64,000 bases of DNA from an uncultured Spongiibacteraceae bacterium (GTDB taxonomy: Bacteria; Pseudomonadota; Gammaproteobacteria; Pseudomonadales; DT-91): the NCBI GenBank assembly GCA_964617765.1, contig CAZTZY010000004.1:15-64014 (forward strand), written 5' to 3'. Positions 1 to 9,385 of this stretch are shown here, piece after piece; the stretch's first letter is position 1; the number at the start of each line of letters is the position of its first letter. A program made the position numbers and the translations under genes. Below the pieces are notes generated by a model. It ran no database searches, was not told the DNA's origin, and saw only the letters and a list, made by a program, of their open reading frames with translations.

Positions 1-1908
1 GCTGCGGGTAACGATGGTGCGGTGGCATCACAAGCCTATGTACTCGATACCACCGCACCGACCATTACTATCAGTGCTATCGATATTTCAGCCGATACCG
101 GTACATTGGCAACGGATTTTTTAACCAAAACCGCAGCCCAAACGATTACCGGTACTTTAGGTACAACGTTGGCGGTGGGGGATATTCTTTATGGTTCGGT
201 GGATGCCGGCAGTACCTGGACTGACATCACCAGTAAAGTGGCGGGCACAGCCATAACCTGGAACACGGCAACATTGTCGGGTAGCAGTTCCATTCAATTG
301 AAAGTGACCGATGCTGCGGGTAACGATGGCACCGTTGTTTCACAATCTTATGTATTGGATACCACAGCGCCAACCACCACTGTCAGTGCGATTGATATAT
401 CTGACGATACCGGTACAACAGATACAGATTTCAATACCTATACTGCATCACAAACCATTACTGCCACGTTGAGTACCGGTTTACTTGCCGGTGAAATACT
501 TTACGGTTCAGTGGATGCCGGTAGTACCTGGATTGATGTTACCGGCAAGGTGAGTGGTACCGCCATTAGCTGGAATGCAGCAACCCTTGCGGGTAGCAGT
601 TCCATACAATTTAAAGTCACCGATGCTGCCGGCAATGATGGCTCCGTCGCTTCACAAGCTTATGTACTGGATACCACAAACCCGGGTACCACGATCAGCG
701 CCATAGATATTTCTGCAGATACCGGCACCCTTGACTCTGATTTTCTGACCAAAACCGATGCCCAAACCATTACTGGCACCTTGAGTGCCTCGTTAGTGGC
801 CGGAGAAATTCTGTATGGATCAGTGGATGGTGGTGCAACATGGACCGATATTACCAGCAAGGCAACTCTGACGGCTATCAGTTGGGATGGCGTTACACTT
901 CTGGGTAGTACAGCTATTCAGTTTAAAGTCACTGATGCTGCCGGCAATGATGGTGCAGTAGCTTCACAGGATTATGTGCTGGATATATCAGCTTCCTCTA
1001 CCGTTATCAGTGCTATCGATATTTCTGATGATACCGGAAAGTTGGCTACAGACTTCAATACCAATACAGCAGCCCAAACCATTACGGCCACGTTGAGTGT
1101 CGATCTTGAAGTGGGTGATGTGTTATGGGGTTCGGTTGATGCCGGGGCATCATGGACCGATATCACCAGCAAGGCCAGTGGTACAGCCATTAGTTGGGAT
1201 GGGGCAACGCTCTCTGGCAGCAGTTCTATCCAGATTAAAATAATTGATGCTGCAGGTAATGAAGGCACAGTGGCATCACAAGCCTATGTGCTGGATAGTA
1301 CAGCTCCAACAACCCTGGTGAGCGGCATTGATATTTCCGCGGATACCGGCATATCGGCAACCGACTTCCTGACAAAAACCGCTTCCCAAACAATTACTGC
1401 TACATTGGACAATGCGTTAGTGGCGGGTGAAGTGTTGTGGGGCTCCGTCAATAACGGCTCAACATGGACAGATATCACCAATAAGGCATCGGGTACAGCG
1501 ATTACCTGGAATGGTGCAACCTTGTCAGGCAGCAATACCATCATTATAAAAGTCAGTGATCTGGCGGGTAATGACAGTACTCCAGAGACGCAGGCCTATG
1601 TGCTGGATACCGCTGCACCTACTACCACCATCAGTGGCATTGATATATCTGCTGATAGCGGCACACTGGCAACAGATTTCATCACCAAAACTTCATCTCA
1701 AACCATTACGGCAACGTTAACTACTGGGTTGGTGGCCGGTGAAGTGCTCTGGGGATCAGTGAATGGTGGTAGTAGCTGGACTGATATTACCAGCAAAGCC
1801 AGTGGAACAGCGATCAGTTGGGATGGAGCTACGTTATCAGGTAGCAGTTCGATAAAACTGAAAGTCAGTGATGAAGCGGGCAACGATGCGGCGGTAGCAA
1901 CGCAAACC
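1..1908 (+). repeat. In-frame tandem coding repeats, 312 bp / 104 aa per unit: 6 full copies plus a partial copy at the window edge
   Basis: The Y-V-L-D codons recur at nt 37, 349, 661, 973, 1285, 1597 and 1909, an exact 312-nt phase. The units are diverged at the DNA level but clearly homologous. Confidence 0.9.
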
Positions 1909-2745
1909 TACGTGCTTGATACGACAGCACCTACAGTAACCATTGCCAGTGCAAGTTATGATAATGCAACCAATACATTGACGTTGACCGGAACCAATAT
2001 AACAACACTGCTTTCTGGCAGTGAAACACCGGCTTCAGATTTGAAGGCCAATTTTGACTGGAGCAAATTGCAGTGGGATATCGATAGTGATAATACTGGC
2101 AATATCTCGTTTGCTTTAGCTGATATCACCAGTGCCAGGGCAACCAATGGCACGACATTGACCATTGTGTTAGGGGGTGCCAAGGCTGTTGCACTGGAAA
2201 GTACAGGTGGTTTTGATCCTTTATCGGGTAATGACAGCCTGGATATTACTACGGGTTTTACGGGAGACACAGCAGGCAATATGTCTGCCACAGACAGATT
2301 GAATACACCAGATCCTACAGTGGTTGTGTTTGATTTGGTGGGCGGGCTTTCTTCCAGCCATTCCGGTCGGGCTTTTGATGCGGGCACCAGTTATACCATT
2401 TATGTTATGGTTGATTCGAATAGTAGTGCCTTGGCAGCTCCGACACAGTGGACAGCTGGGGGCAATTTGGGCTCCGACGATACGATTGTGTTGGTGGGTA
2501 ACGGTTCAGCAATTCTTGGTCCAGTGAATAATGCGGTAACGCGCTCAAGCATTACACCGCCTTTTACACTATTATGGAGTTCTGCCTCTGGGTGGGCTGC
2601 CTTACTGACTGGTGCCGGTAGTTTCTTGCGACAATCTTCTATGGTGGTTACAACTCAAAAAATTTGGTCGGGATCGGGTACCCCTGTAGCTGGCGGTTTC
2701 CTGACAACTTTACCAATCGGTATATATACTTCTCAAGGTTTGTGA
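1..2745 (+). CDS. Giant T1SS-type surface adhesin, C-terminal fragment (BapA/LapF-like Ig-like tandem repeats); 5' end lies outside the window
   Basis: Frame 1 is open from nt 1 (AAGNDGAVASQA...), so the ORF-track Met at nt 22 is internal. The 104-aa units read DTTAP..IDIS(A/D)DTG..TDF(L/N)T..QTITxTL..GSVDxGxxWTDIT..DAAGND. A distinct ~280-aa C-terminal domain follows. Complete T1SS genes lie directly downstream. Confidence 0.8.
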   Translation, partial: AAGNDGAVASQAYVLDTTAPTITISAIDISADTGTLATDFLTKTAAQTITGTLGTTLAVGDILYGSVDAGSTWTDITSKVAGTAITWNTATLSGSSSIQLKVTDAAGNDGTVVSQSYVLDTTAPTTTVSAIDISDDTGTTDTDFNTYTASQTITATLSTGLLAGEILYGSVDAGSTWIDVTGKVSGTAISWNAATLAGSSSIQFKVTDAAGNDGSVASQAYVLDTTNPGTTISAIDISADTGTLDSDFLTKTDAQTITGTLSASLVAGEILYGSVDGGATWTDITSKATLTAISWDGVTLLGSTAIQFKVTDAAGNDGAVASQDYVLDISASSTVISAIDISDDTGKLATDFNTNTAAQTITATLSVDLEVGDVLWGSVDAGASWTDITSKASGTAISWDGATLSGSSSIQIKIIDAAGNEGTVASQAYVLDSTAPTTLVSGIDISADTGISATDFLTKTASQTITATLDNALVAGEVLWGSVNNGSTWTDITNKASGTAITWNGATLSGSNTIIIKVSDLAGNDSTPETQAYVLDTAAPTTTISGIDISADSGTLATDFITKTSSQTITATLTTGLVAGEVLWGSVNGGSSWTDITSKASGTAISWDGATLSGSSSIKLKVSDEAGNDAAVATQTYVLDTTAPTVTIASASYDNATNTLTLTGTNITTLLSGSETPASDLKANFDWSKLQWDIDSDNTGNISFALADITSARATNGTTLTIVLGGAKAVALESTGGFDPLSGNDSLDITTGFTGDTAGNMSATDRLNTPDPTVVVFDLVGGLSSSHSGRAFDAGTSYTIYVMVDSNSSALAAPTQWTAGGNLGSDDTIVLVGNGSAILGPVNNAVTRSSITPPFTLLWSSASGWAALLTGAGSFLRQSSMVVTTQKIWSGSGTPVAGGFLTTLPIGIYTSQGL

Positions 2746-2788
2746 TTGATCAGTGATTACCCATAATGAGTGAGTCGGGTTTCGATGA

Positions 2789-2811
2789 GCGGAATGATTT
2801 ATTCATTCCGC
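2789..2811 (+). terminator. Stem-loop downstream of the adhesin stop codon (possible terminator or attenuator)
   Basis: GCGGAATGA-tttat-TCATTCCGC is a perfect 9-bp stem about 45 nt after the stop at 2745. No U-tract follows, so intrinsic termination is uncertain. Confidence 0.35.
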
Positions 2812-3098
2812 CCTGCCCATGAACATCTCTTCCGGCACCTGGAATTCCAGCCTTAAATTACTCAACTGTCATTGCCCGGTCTCTGGCTAGTTAATAATAT
2901 TTACAAAGCTTCCGGATGTGCCTCACAAAGATATTTTCTGGCGTTTTTGCAACTCTGGGGGAAACTTCATCATTTTGTGTAACAAGTTCATTTTCGAGCC
3001 AATCTATCAATCTTTACGGTGAAATTAGCTAAAATACCTGACTACTGATGTGACACCCTTTATAGTTAGTCTCTAAAAATGATAACAACAATAAATCC

Positions 3099-5816
3099 AT
3101 GATTATTTCCTTACTGCGCAAACTGGCTGACCAGCAACAATACTCCGAACTAGAGAGCTCGGCGTTAGGCTTTTGGACAGAACATCAAGACATACAAATA
3201 TTGCCTTTACTGGCTTTATCTTATGCCCATACAGGTCAATGGCAGCGGGCAAATGAAACCTTCGCTATTGCTCAAGAATATAAAGCAGATTTACCCCCCG
3301 CATCTTTAATAGATATGGCGGCCGTCCTGATTGTGTTGCATCGGATAGAGGCAGCTGAGGAGTTGTTAAAAGAAGCCATCAAACTGTTGCCTGACCATGG
3401 TTTGGGGTTGGCACGTTTGGCATTTTGCCGAATGGTGCAGGGGGATTTACCCACAGCCCAGACTCTGTTTAAACAAGCTGCACTTCTGGATCCAGAGCGT
3501 ATACCCATTCGGAATTTATTGGCACAAGTCTATTTACAACAATCGGCTTTTGCTGAAGCCCAGGAAGTGGTCAGCCAGGCTTTGCCAATACTTGAGAGTA
3601 TTCGAGCTAACCTTAATGATGTGTTGTATCAGCAATATTGGCAGCTGTTGTGTTTGTTGCAGTTGCAGATCTGGGTGGCTGAAGATGCCTTTGCCCATGC
3701 TGAACAATGGTTGCAGGAACAACAGAAATTACATCAGCAGGATGAAATTGAAGAAGCCCAATATATATACTGGATAAGCCAATATAGCCGTTTGCTGGCC
3801 GAGCAGGATCATCACCAGCAAGCTTCAGAAATGTTGCGCAATACTTTAAAAGCCTATCCCGATAATACGGTGTTGTGTTTGCAGTTGGCGGAACTGTCTC
3901 AGGTGCAAGGGCAATTTATGCCTGCCATCCGCTTGTTGAACAGAGCCTTGAAAAAAGACCCGGAAAACATCGCTTTATGGGTACAGCTAGCCACTGCCAG
4001 TTTGCATCGTTTTGATAAAAAAGCCCGGCAAGCCGCTGAAAAAGCCGTAGCATTGGCAGCTGCCCTTCAAGAAGATGCAGATCATCCTTTGCATGCCATA
4101 AAAATCCAGCAGGCCCAGGCCAAAAATGCCCTGGCTCAAGTGGAAAGCCAGGAGCAGAATTTTGATATTTCTGAATCACTTTTTTCAGAAATACTGGCCG
4201 ATCATCCATACTTTGTGCCTGCCTTGCAGGGTTTGGGCCAGCAGTATTTACAGCAAGGGAAAATTGAAGAAGCGTTAGCATTGTTTGAACGTATTAAAGC
4301 GGTTGATCCCATCAAAGGTATTGCTTCGCTGATTTCTGCGCGACGTTATCCCGAGGATGAAGAAACACTCGAAAAAATGGCGAAGGCGGCCGAACGCCCT
4401 AGTATCGAAGGTCCATTGAAAAGCAGTATTTTGTTTCAGTTGGCAGCCGCTTGGGAAAAACGTAAAGACTACGATAAAGCGTTTACTTTTGCAGAAAAAG
4501 CCAATGCCACTACCAAAAAATTTCTCCCTTATGATGCCATGGCTCACCGCAATATGTGCGCGCGCATTCGCATGAGTTTTTGCAAAGCCTTGTATGAGCA
4601 TCGTCCCGGTTTTGGAATTGATTCTACCGTGCCTGTGTATGTGTTAGGCATGCCGCGTTCTGGCACTACACTGGTTGAACAAATCCTTGCTGGCCATAGC
4701 GAGATTTTTGGTGCCGGTGAGTTGGGTATTATTCCGCAAGTGATTCAAGGGTTGAATCGCTGGGAACGGCATGTGGGTTCGGGTCGCACTTATCCGGATT
4801 GTATTGACGACCTGACTCCTTACATAACCGCTGGCATCGCCAATAATGTATTAAAGGAGTTGCAGGAATACGCTCCAGAAGCCAAACACATTGTTGATAA
4901 GCTGCCCCATAATTTCGAGAATATCGGGCTGATTAAATTTTTATTCCCCAAGGCGAAAATTATTTCAGTGAGAAGAGATTCGCGTGATATTGCCATTTCT
5001 AACTATTTTACTGATTACCAGGCCAAGCATGGCGGCATGGGTTTCGCCTATGATCTTGAGAATATTGGCGAACAATTGGCAGATCATAATCTAATGATGC
5101 ATCACTGGCACCAGATTTTCCCCGGGGAAATCCTGGAAGTGAAATATGAGGATGTAGTGGATGACATAGAAGGCAGTGCCCGTAAAATGCTGGCTTATAT
5201 CGGCGTTGATTGGCAGCCGGAAGTGCTCAAATTCAATGAACTTGAACGCACGGTAAAGACCGCCAGTGTATGGCAAGTGCGTCAACCCATTTACAAAACA
5301 TCCAAGGCAAAATGGCAACAATACGAAAAATATATAGCCCCTTTGATCAAGGGAACCAATGCTAAAATATTGCCTGATCCTTATGAAATGCTAACCTTGC
5401 CAGAGCCGGGCTTTTTGCAAGCCGGAGTTGAGCTTTATACACTGGGTAACCTGGATGGTGCTGAGTTGAGTTTCAAGAAAATGCTGCACCATAATCCGGA
5501 ACATGCCGCCTGTAATTATATGTTAGGCCTGGTTTATCTCAGTAAGGGAAATTTGCAGGAGGGTATAGTACAGATTGAAAAAGCCATTGGTAAAAGCCCG
5601 TGGCATAAAGATTGGCGAGAGAATTTGCATAAAGCCTATGAACTGGCCGGAGAGCATGAAAAAGCGGCTGAACTTGGAAAACGGTTTAATCGTCAAAAAC
5701 GAATGGAAGAAACAGTGGAAAATAAAGAGTTAGGCAATACAGAAGACAATACAGAAGACAATGCAGAAGACAATGAATGGATAATGGATGCTGAAGATTA
5801 TGTGCAGGAAGATTAA
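3099..5816 (+). CDS. TPR repeat-flanked sulfotransferase family protein (905 aa)
   Basis: The N-terminal ~500 aa are TPR-like helical repeats. The sulfotransferase core has a PAPS 5'-phosphosulfate loop (VLGMPRSGTTLVEQIL) and a 3'-phosphate-type motif (ISVRRDSRDIAISNY). A second TPR block (ELYTLGNLDGAELSFKKML..., YMLGLVYLSKGNLQEG...) and an acidic NTED-repeat tail follow. Confidence 0.8.
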   Translation: MIISLLRKLADQQQYSELESSALGFWTEHQDIQILPLLALSYAHTGQWQRANETFAIAQEYKADLPPASLIDMAAVLIVLHRIEAAEELLKEAIKLLPDHGLGLARLAFCRMVQGDLPTAQTLFKQAALLDPERIPIRNLLAQVYLQQSAFAEAQEVVSQALPILESIRANLNDVLYQQYWQLLCLLQLQIWVAEDAFAHAEQWLQEQQKLHQQDEIEEAQYIYWISQYSRLLAEQDHHQQASEMLRNTLKAYPDNTVLCLQLAELSQVQGQFMPAIRLLNRALKKDPENIALWVQLATASLHRFDKKARQAAEKAVALAAALQEDADHPLHAIKIQQAQAKNALAQVESQEQNFDISESLFSEILADHPYFVPALQGLGQQYLQQGKIEEALALFERIKAVDPIKGIASLISARRYPEDEETLEKMAKAAERPSIEGPLKSSILFQLAAAWEKRKDYDKAFTFAEKANATTKKFLPYDAMAHRNMCARIRMSFCKALYEHRPGFGIDSTVPVYVLGMPRSGTTLVEQILAGHSEIFGAGELGIIPQVIQGLNRWERHVGSGRTYPDCIDDLTPYITAGIANNVLKELQEYAPEAKHIVDKLPHNFENIGLIKFLFPKAKIISVRRDSRDIAISNYFTDYQAKHGGMGFAYDLENIGEQLADHNLMMHHWHQIFPGEILEVKYEDVVDDIEGSARKMLAYIGVDWQPEVLKFNELERTVKTASVWQVRQPIYKTSKAKWQQYEKYIAPLIKGTNAKILPDPYEMLTLPEPGFLQAGVELYTLGNLDGAELSFKKMLHHNPEHAACNYMLGLVYLSKGNLQEGIVQIEKAIGKSPWHKDWRENLHKAYELAGEHEKAAELGKRFNRQKRMEETVENKELGNTEDNTEDNAEDNEWIMDAEDYVQED

Positions 5817-7143
5817 AAATTATTTTATAAGAAAGAGCCACAAGCAATTTTTAATGTCGATGCTGTGTGCACTTTTTTGTTTGATAAATATTGGCGGGCA
5901 GCGTGTTTTTGCGGAAGCTGAAAATACGGTTTTAAACAAACCGGTCATTTCCGAAAACCCATCCGGCCTGGTAGCGGCCTTGCAATCGGTTATAAAGCTG
6001 CATCCAGCTATTAAAAGCCAGCGATCGAAAGTCGATGCGCTGGAATACTCGATCAGTGCCGCTAAATCCGGACGTTATCCCTCCTTGTCAGCACAGGCCA
6101 ATAATGTCAACGAAGAAATGGATCGCGGCACTCTGCAAATAAAACAGCCACTATGGGCATTTGGAAAGATTGATAGTGCTATTGAGGCAGCTAAAGCTAA
6201 CTGGTCTGTAGAAAAATGGATGTTACTGCAGGTGCAGCGGCAGTATATTGAAGAGACTGCAGTAGCCTATGCAAAATTATTGGGTATTCATCAGCAGCAA
6301 GCGGTTGCTGAATTGAATATTATTGAGCATGAAAAGCTTTATCAGCGTATACAGCATCGTCAGCAGGGGCAGCTGGCGTCAGTAGCCGATGTTAATCTCG
6401 CCAATTCCCGTTTGATACAGGCTCAATCGAGGCTGGATAGAATTCGTGGTGAATGGCTCAGTGCCTTGGCCGAGTTACAGGCATTAACACAGGTGTTAGT
6501 CAATGCGGATCAATCCGTTGATGAGGCGCTTATTTCTTTGCCAGCTATGGAAGAAGTGGAGAAGCTTGCTATTGAAAACAGTGCGGATTTGCAAGTGAAG
6601 CGTGAGCAAGCTGTTGCCGTTAGTATTACTGTTAAACAAGAGCGCGTAGCTGCAACGCCCACGGTGTATTTTCAGGTAGATCACGAGGCACTTGACCAGG
6701 TTGATAATCGCTTGAATCGAACCCAGTCAGGTTTGGCCATTGAGGCGTCATTGGGTGGAGCCGGATTTACCACCTTAAACCGGGTAAGGGGTGCCGAGGC
6801 AAAACTGGAAAGCGCACAGTATGATATTGATGCTGCGATTAACGATATTAAACGTCGAGTACAAACCTTGATGCTGGGTTTACAGATACAGAATAACCTT
6901 GGCAAGTCACAAACTGAAACTATTCTTGTGGTCGAAGAAACACTGGCTTCGTTTATGCGGCAATATGATACAGGCCGAAAATCATGGATAGATTTGTTGA
7001 ATACCCAGCGGGAACTGACGGAGTTACGTTATCAACAGGTGCAAATTGACAATGATCGATTGATTCTTTCGTTGCGTGTGGCAGCATTAATTGGCAATCT
7101 GGATAAAATGGCAGGTATCGAGGCCTTCAATGAAGACAAATGA
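5788..7143 (+). CDS. TolC-family outer membrane channel of the T1SS
   Basis: It has a basic N-region and hydrophobic signal peptide (..MSMLCALFCLINIGGQRVFA/EAE). The body is a two-fold repeated long coiled-coil OEP-like sequence. It sits directly upstream of the ABC and MFP genes, and its stop overlaps the ABC start. The start is ambiguous (ATG at 5788, 5800 or 5854). Confidence 0.75.
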   Translation: MLKIMCRKIKNYFIRKSHKQFLMSMLCALFCLINIGGQRVFAEAENTVLNKPVISENPSGLVAALQSVIKLHPAIKSQRSKVDALEYSISAAKSGRYPSLSAQANNVNEEMDRGTLQIKQPLWAFGKIDSAIEAAKANWSVEKWMLLQVQRQYIEETAVAYAKLLGIHQQQAVAELNIIEHEKLYQRIQHRQQGQLASVADVNLANSRLIQAQSRLDRIRGEWLSALAELQALTQVLVNADQSVDEALISLPAMEEVEKLAIENSADLQVKREQAVAVSITVKQERVAATPTVYFQVDHEALDQVDNRLNRTQSGLAIEASLGGAGFTTLNRVRGAEAKLESAQYDIDAAINDIKRRVQTLMLGLQIQNNLGKSQTETILVVEETLASFMRQYDTGRKSWIDLLNTQRELTELRYQQVQIDNDRLILSLRVAALIGNLDKMAGIEAFNEDK

Positions 7144-9385
7144 ACCAATACCCGTAAATGCGGATCATGCACTTCCAGAATCTGCGCAAGAACAATTAGT
7201 GCAAGTGCCGTTACCAGTAAATGTATTGAATAGTTTATTGCAACGCTTGAAGGTATCTGTTGAGGCGGGCGCATTATCAATGGCATGCCTGAAAGCCGAG
7301 AAGGAGTTGCCGGGTTCATCACCAGTCAAACGTATCAATGCTGTTTTTAATAACCTGCAATTACAGGGTATACAAGTTGCCTTGTTGGGTTGGGCGCGTT
7401 TTGATCAGCGCTATTTGCCTGCGATGATATTTTTTAAATCACAATGGTTTTTAATAGAACGTACAGAAAATAATCTTTTTATTCTTGCTGATAATAATGG
7501 CCAGCGTATTGAGGCGGTCAATGAAGATCTGCAAGGTGCGATGGTGCTGTGGTTTCGTAACGTAAAAAAACAGGCCTCGAAAATTCCCTTCTCTACAAAA
7601 GATAACCGGGCCTTTGCGCTGGTATGGCATGAACTCTTCAAACATCCACGCTGGGTGCGGGATATCACCTTGGCAACAGTGCTGGTGAATCTGATTGCCA
7701 TTTCCACTTCCCTGTTTGCGATGCAGGTATATGACCGTGTGGTGCCGACGTTATCCTATGCAACATTATGGACTTTGGTCGCAGGGATGTTTATCGCAGT
7801 GGCCCTGGACTGGATACTCAAAACTGTTAGAAGCCGGGTTCTCGACAGTGTGTCTTGCGAAGCCAATGATGCAATATCACAGCATGTATTTGATCATGTG
7901 ATGCATTTGCAACTGGATACGCGTCCACGTTCACTAGGCACCCTGGCAGCACAGGTAGGCGGCCTTGATTCAGTGCGCCAGTTTTTTTCTTCGGGGGTTA
8001 TTTTTGGCTTGGTTGATATGCCCTTTGCTTTATTGTTTATTGCATTTATCGGCATTATTGGTGGCCATATTGCCTGGGTTTACCTGTTGCTTTTACCTGT
8101 TGCTGCCGTGCTCGGTTTGCTTAACCAGAAATATCTGCGTCGTTTAACGCGGCAGCAAATGATGCGCTCGAATGAACGTCAAGGTTTATTGGTTGATGCT
8201 ATTCAGGGTACGGAATCTATTCGGGCCAGCAATGCCACCTGGCGTTTTTCGGAACAATGGAAAAGCATTACCCATTCTATTGCGGAATATAATATCCAGC
8301 AGAAAGCCATTGGCAGTTTGAGCGCCGTGACAACCTCCAGTATTTCTACCCTCGCCTATGTTGCTGCCATCGTTGTAGGGGTTTACGGTATTGAGGCCGG
8401 TACACTAACGATGGGTGCCATGATTGCTTGTAGCATATTGGGTGGCAGGGTTATTGCTCCGGTAGCACAAAGTATCCAGTATCTTGCACAGTGGCAGAAT
8501 GTATCCGAGGCTTTGATGATGGTTAACCAGGTCTTATCGCTTAATACAGAACGTCGTGAGGATCAAAACCTGTTAATGCCCGATGAAAAGCCGGAGAAGG
8601 TGATATTGGAATCCGTGCAGTTTTCTTATCCCAATTCACCGGTTAAACAGATTGATATTCCCGGCCTGAGTTTCCAGTCGGGTGACAGGGTTTTACTGTT
8701 AGGCCCTATTGGTTCAGGTAAATCGACATTGTTGAAAGTGTTGGCCGGTTTATATCGACCATCGCAAGGACGCATTCGTTTGGGTAATGCAGACTTGTGG
8801 GAGATACATCCACATATTGTTGCCGACCAGGTGGGTTATTTGCCGCAATCAGTGCATTTATTTAAAGGTACATTACGCAGCAATTTATGTTTGTCCGGTG
8901 CGGTGAGTGATTCCCATTTGTTAAAGGTGTGTGAAGATCTGGGCATTGACCGTATAGCGGCCAATAACCCCTTGGGTATGGATCTGGAAATCAGTGAGGG
9001 TGGGGAAGGTTTGTCCGGTGGCCAAAAACAATTGGTTGGGCTAGGTCGTGTATTTTTAGCACAACCCCGAATCTGGTTGCTGGATGAGCCAACAGCTTCG
9101 CTGGATAGCGAAGGTGATGCCAAGGTGTTAGATGCCATTGCAGCCTACATCAAGCCAGAAGATATTCTTGTGGTTTCTACGCATCGTGTGGCATTGGCTT
9201 TAAAAATTGCCAATAGGGTCATTATGATGCAACAAAGCCAGATTGTTGCAGATGGCAAACCTGATGAAGTGATCCCCCAGGCTATGCGCGCAGCCAGTTT
9301 GCCCACAGGGGGTATTTCGGCTGCCAGGCCAAAACCAGGATTATCATTTCCAGTAATGAACAAGGGACCCAATAATGTTATTTGA
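7130..9385 (+). CDS. Type I secretion system permease/ATPase (LssB/HlyB-like) with a degenerate N-terminal C39-like domain
   Basis: ATG at 7130 (MKTNEPIP), because the ORF-track start at 7091 is TTG. TM domain motif: LFAMQVYDRVVP. Walker A: GPIGSGKST. ABC signature: LSGGQKQ. Walker B: IWLLDEPT. The ~160-aa N-terminal domain lacks the C39 catalytic Cys and His context. Confidence 0.85.
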   Translation: MKTNEPIPVNADHALPESAQEQLVQVPLPVNVLNSLLQRLKVSVEAGALSMACLKAEKELPGSSPVKRINAVFNNLQLQGIQVALLGWARFDQRYLPAMIFFKSQWFLIERTENNLFILADNNGQRIEAVNEDLQGAMVLWFRNVKKQASKIPFSTKDNRAFALVWHELFKHPRWVRDITLATVLVNLIAISTSLFAMQVYDRVVPTLSYATLWTLVAGMFIAVALDWILKTVRSRVLDSVSCEANDAISQHVFDHVMHLQLDTRPRSLGTLAAQVGGLDSVRQFFSSGVIFGLVDMPFALLFIAFIGIIGGHIAWVYLLLLPVAAVLGLLNQKYLRRLTRQQMMRSNERQGLLVDAIQGTESIRASNATWRFSEQWKSITHSIAEYNIQQKAIGSLSAVTTSSISTLAYVAAIVVGVYGIEAGTLTMGAMIACSILGGRVIAPVAQSIQYLAQWQNVSEALMMVNQVLSLNTERREDQNLLMPDEKPEKVILESVQFSYPNSPVKQIDIPGLSFQSGDRVLLLGPIGSGKSTLLKVLAGLYRPSQGRIRLGNADLWEIHPHIVADQVGYLPQSVHLFKGTLRSNLCLSGAVSDSHLLKVCEDLGIDRIAANNPLGMDLEISEGGEGLSGGQKQLVGLGRVFLAQPRIWLLDEPTASLDSEGDAKVLDAIAAYIKPEDILVVSTHRVALALKIANRVIMMQQSQIVADGKPDEVIPQAMRAASLPTGGISAARPKPGLSFPVMNKGPNNVI

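Noticed and set aside
1-1908. Possibility that the regular 312-bp repeats are a CRISPR or other non-coding array
   Set aside because: The period is far too long and there are no unique spacers. The whole array is one continuous open frame encoding Ig-like domains.
660-2387. Series of 61-143 aa minus-strand ORFs with similar sequences (…ISVHV.P..TEP…)
   Set aside because: These are mirror images of the 312-bp adhesin repeats read antisense. Their periodic similarity simply reflects the sense-strand repeats.
2766-2822. 18-aa ORF (MSESGFDERNDLFIPPCP) between the adhesin and the sulfotransferase, considered as a RaxX-like sulfation/T1SS peptide substrate
   Set aside because: It has no RBS, no Tyr to sulfate and no GG leader. 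It overlaps the hairpin at 2789-2811, and the ABC transporter lacks an active C39 peptidase. Most likely it is a chance ORF.
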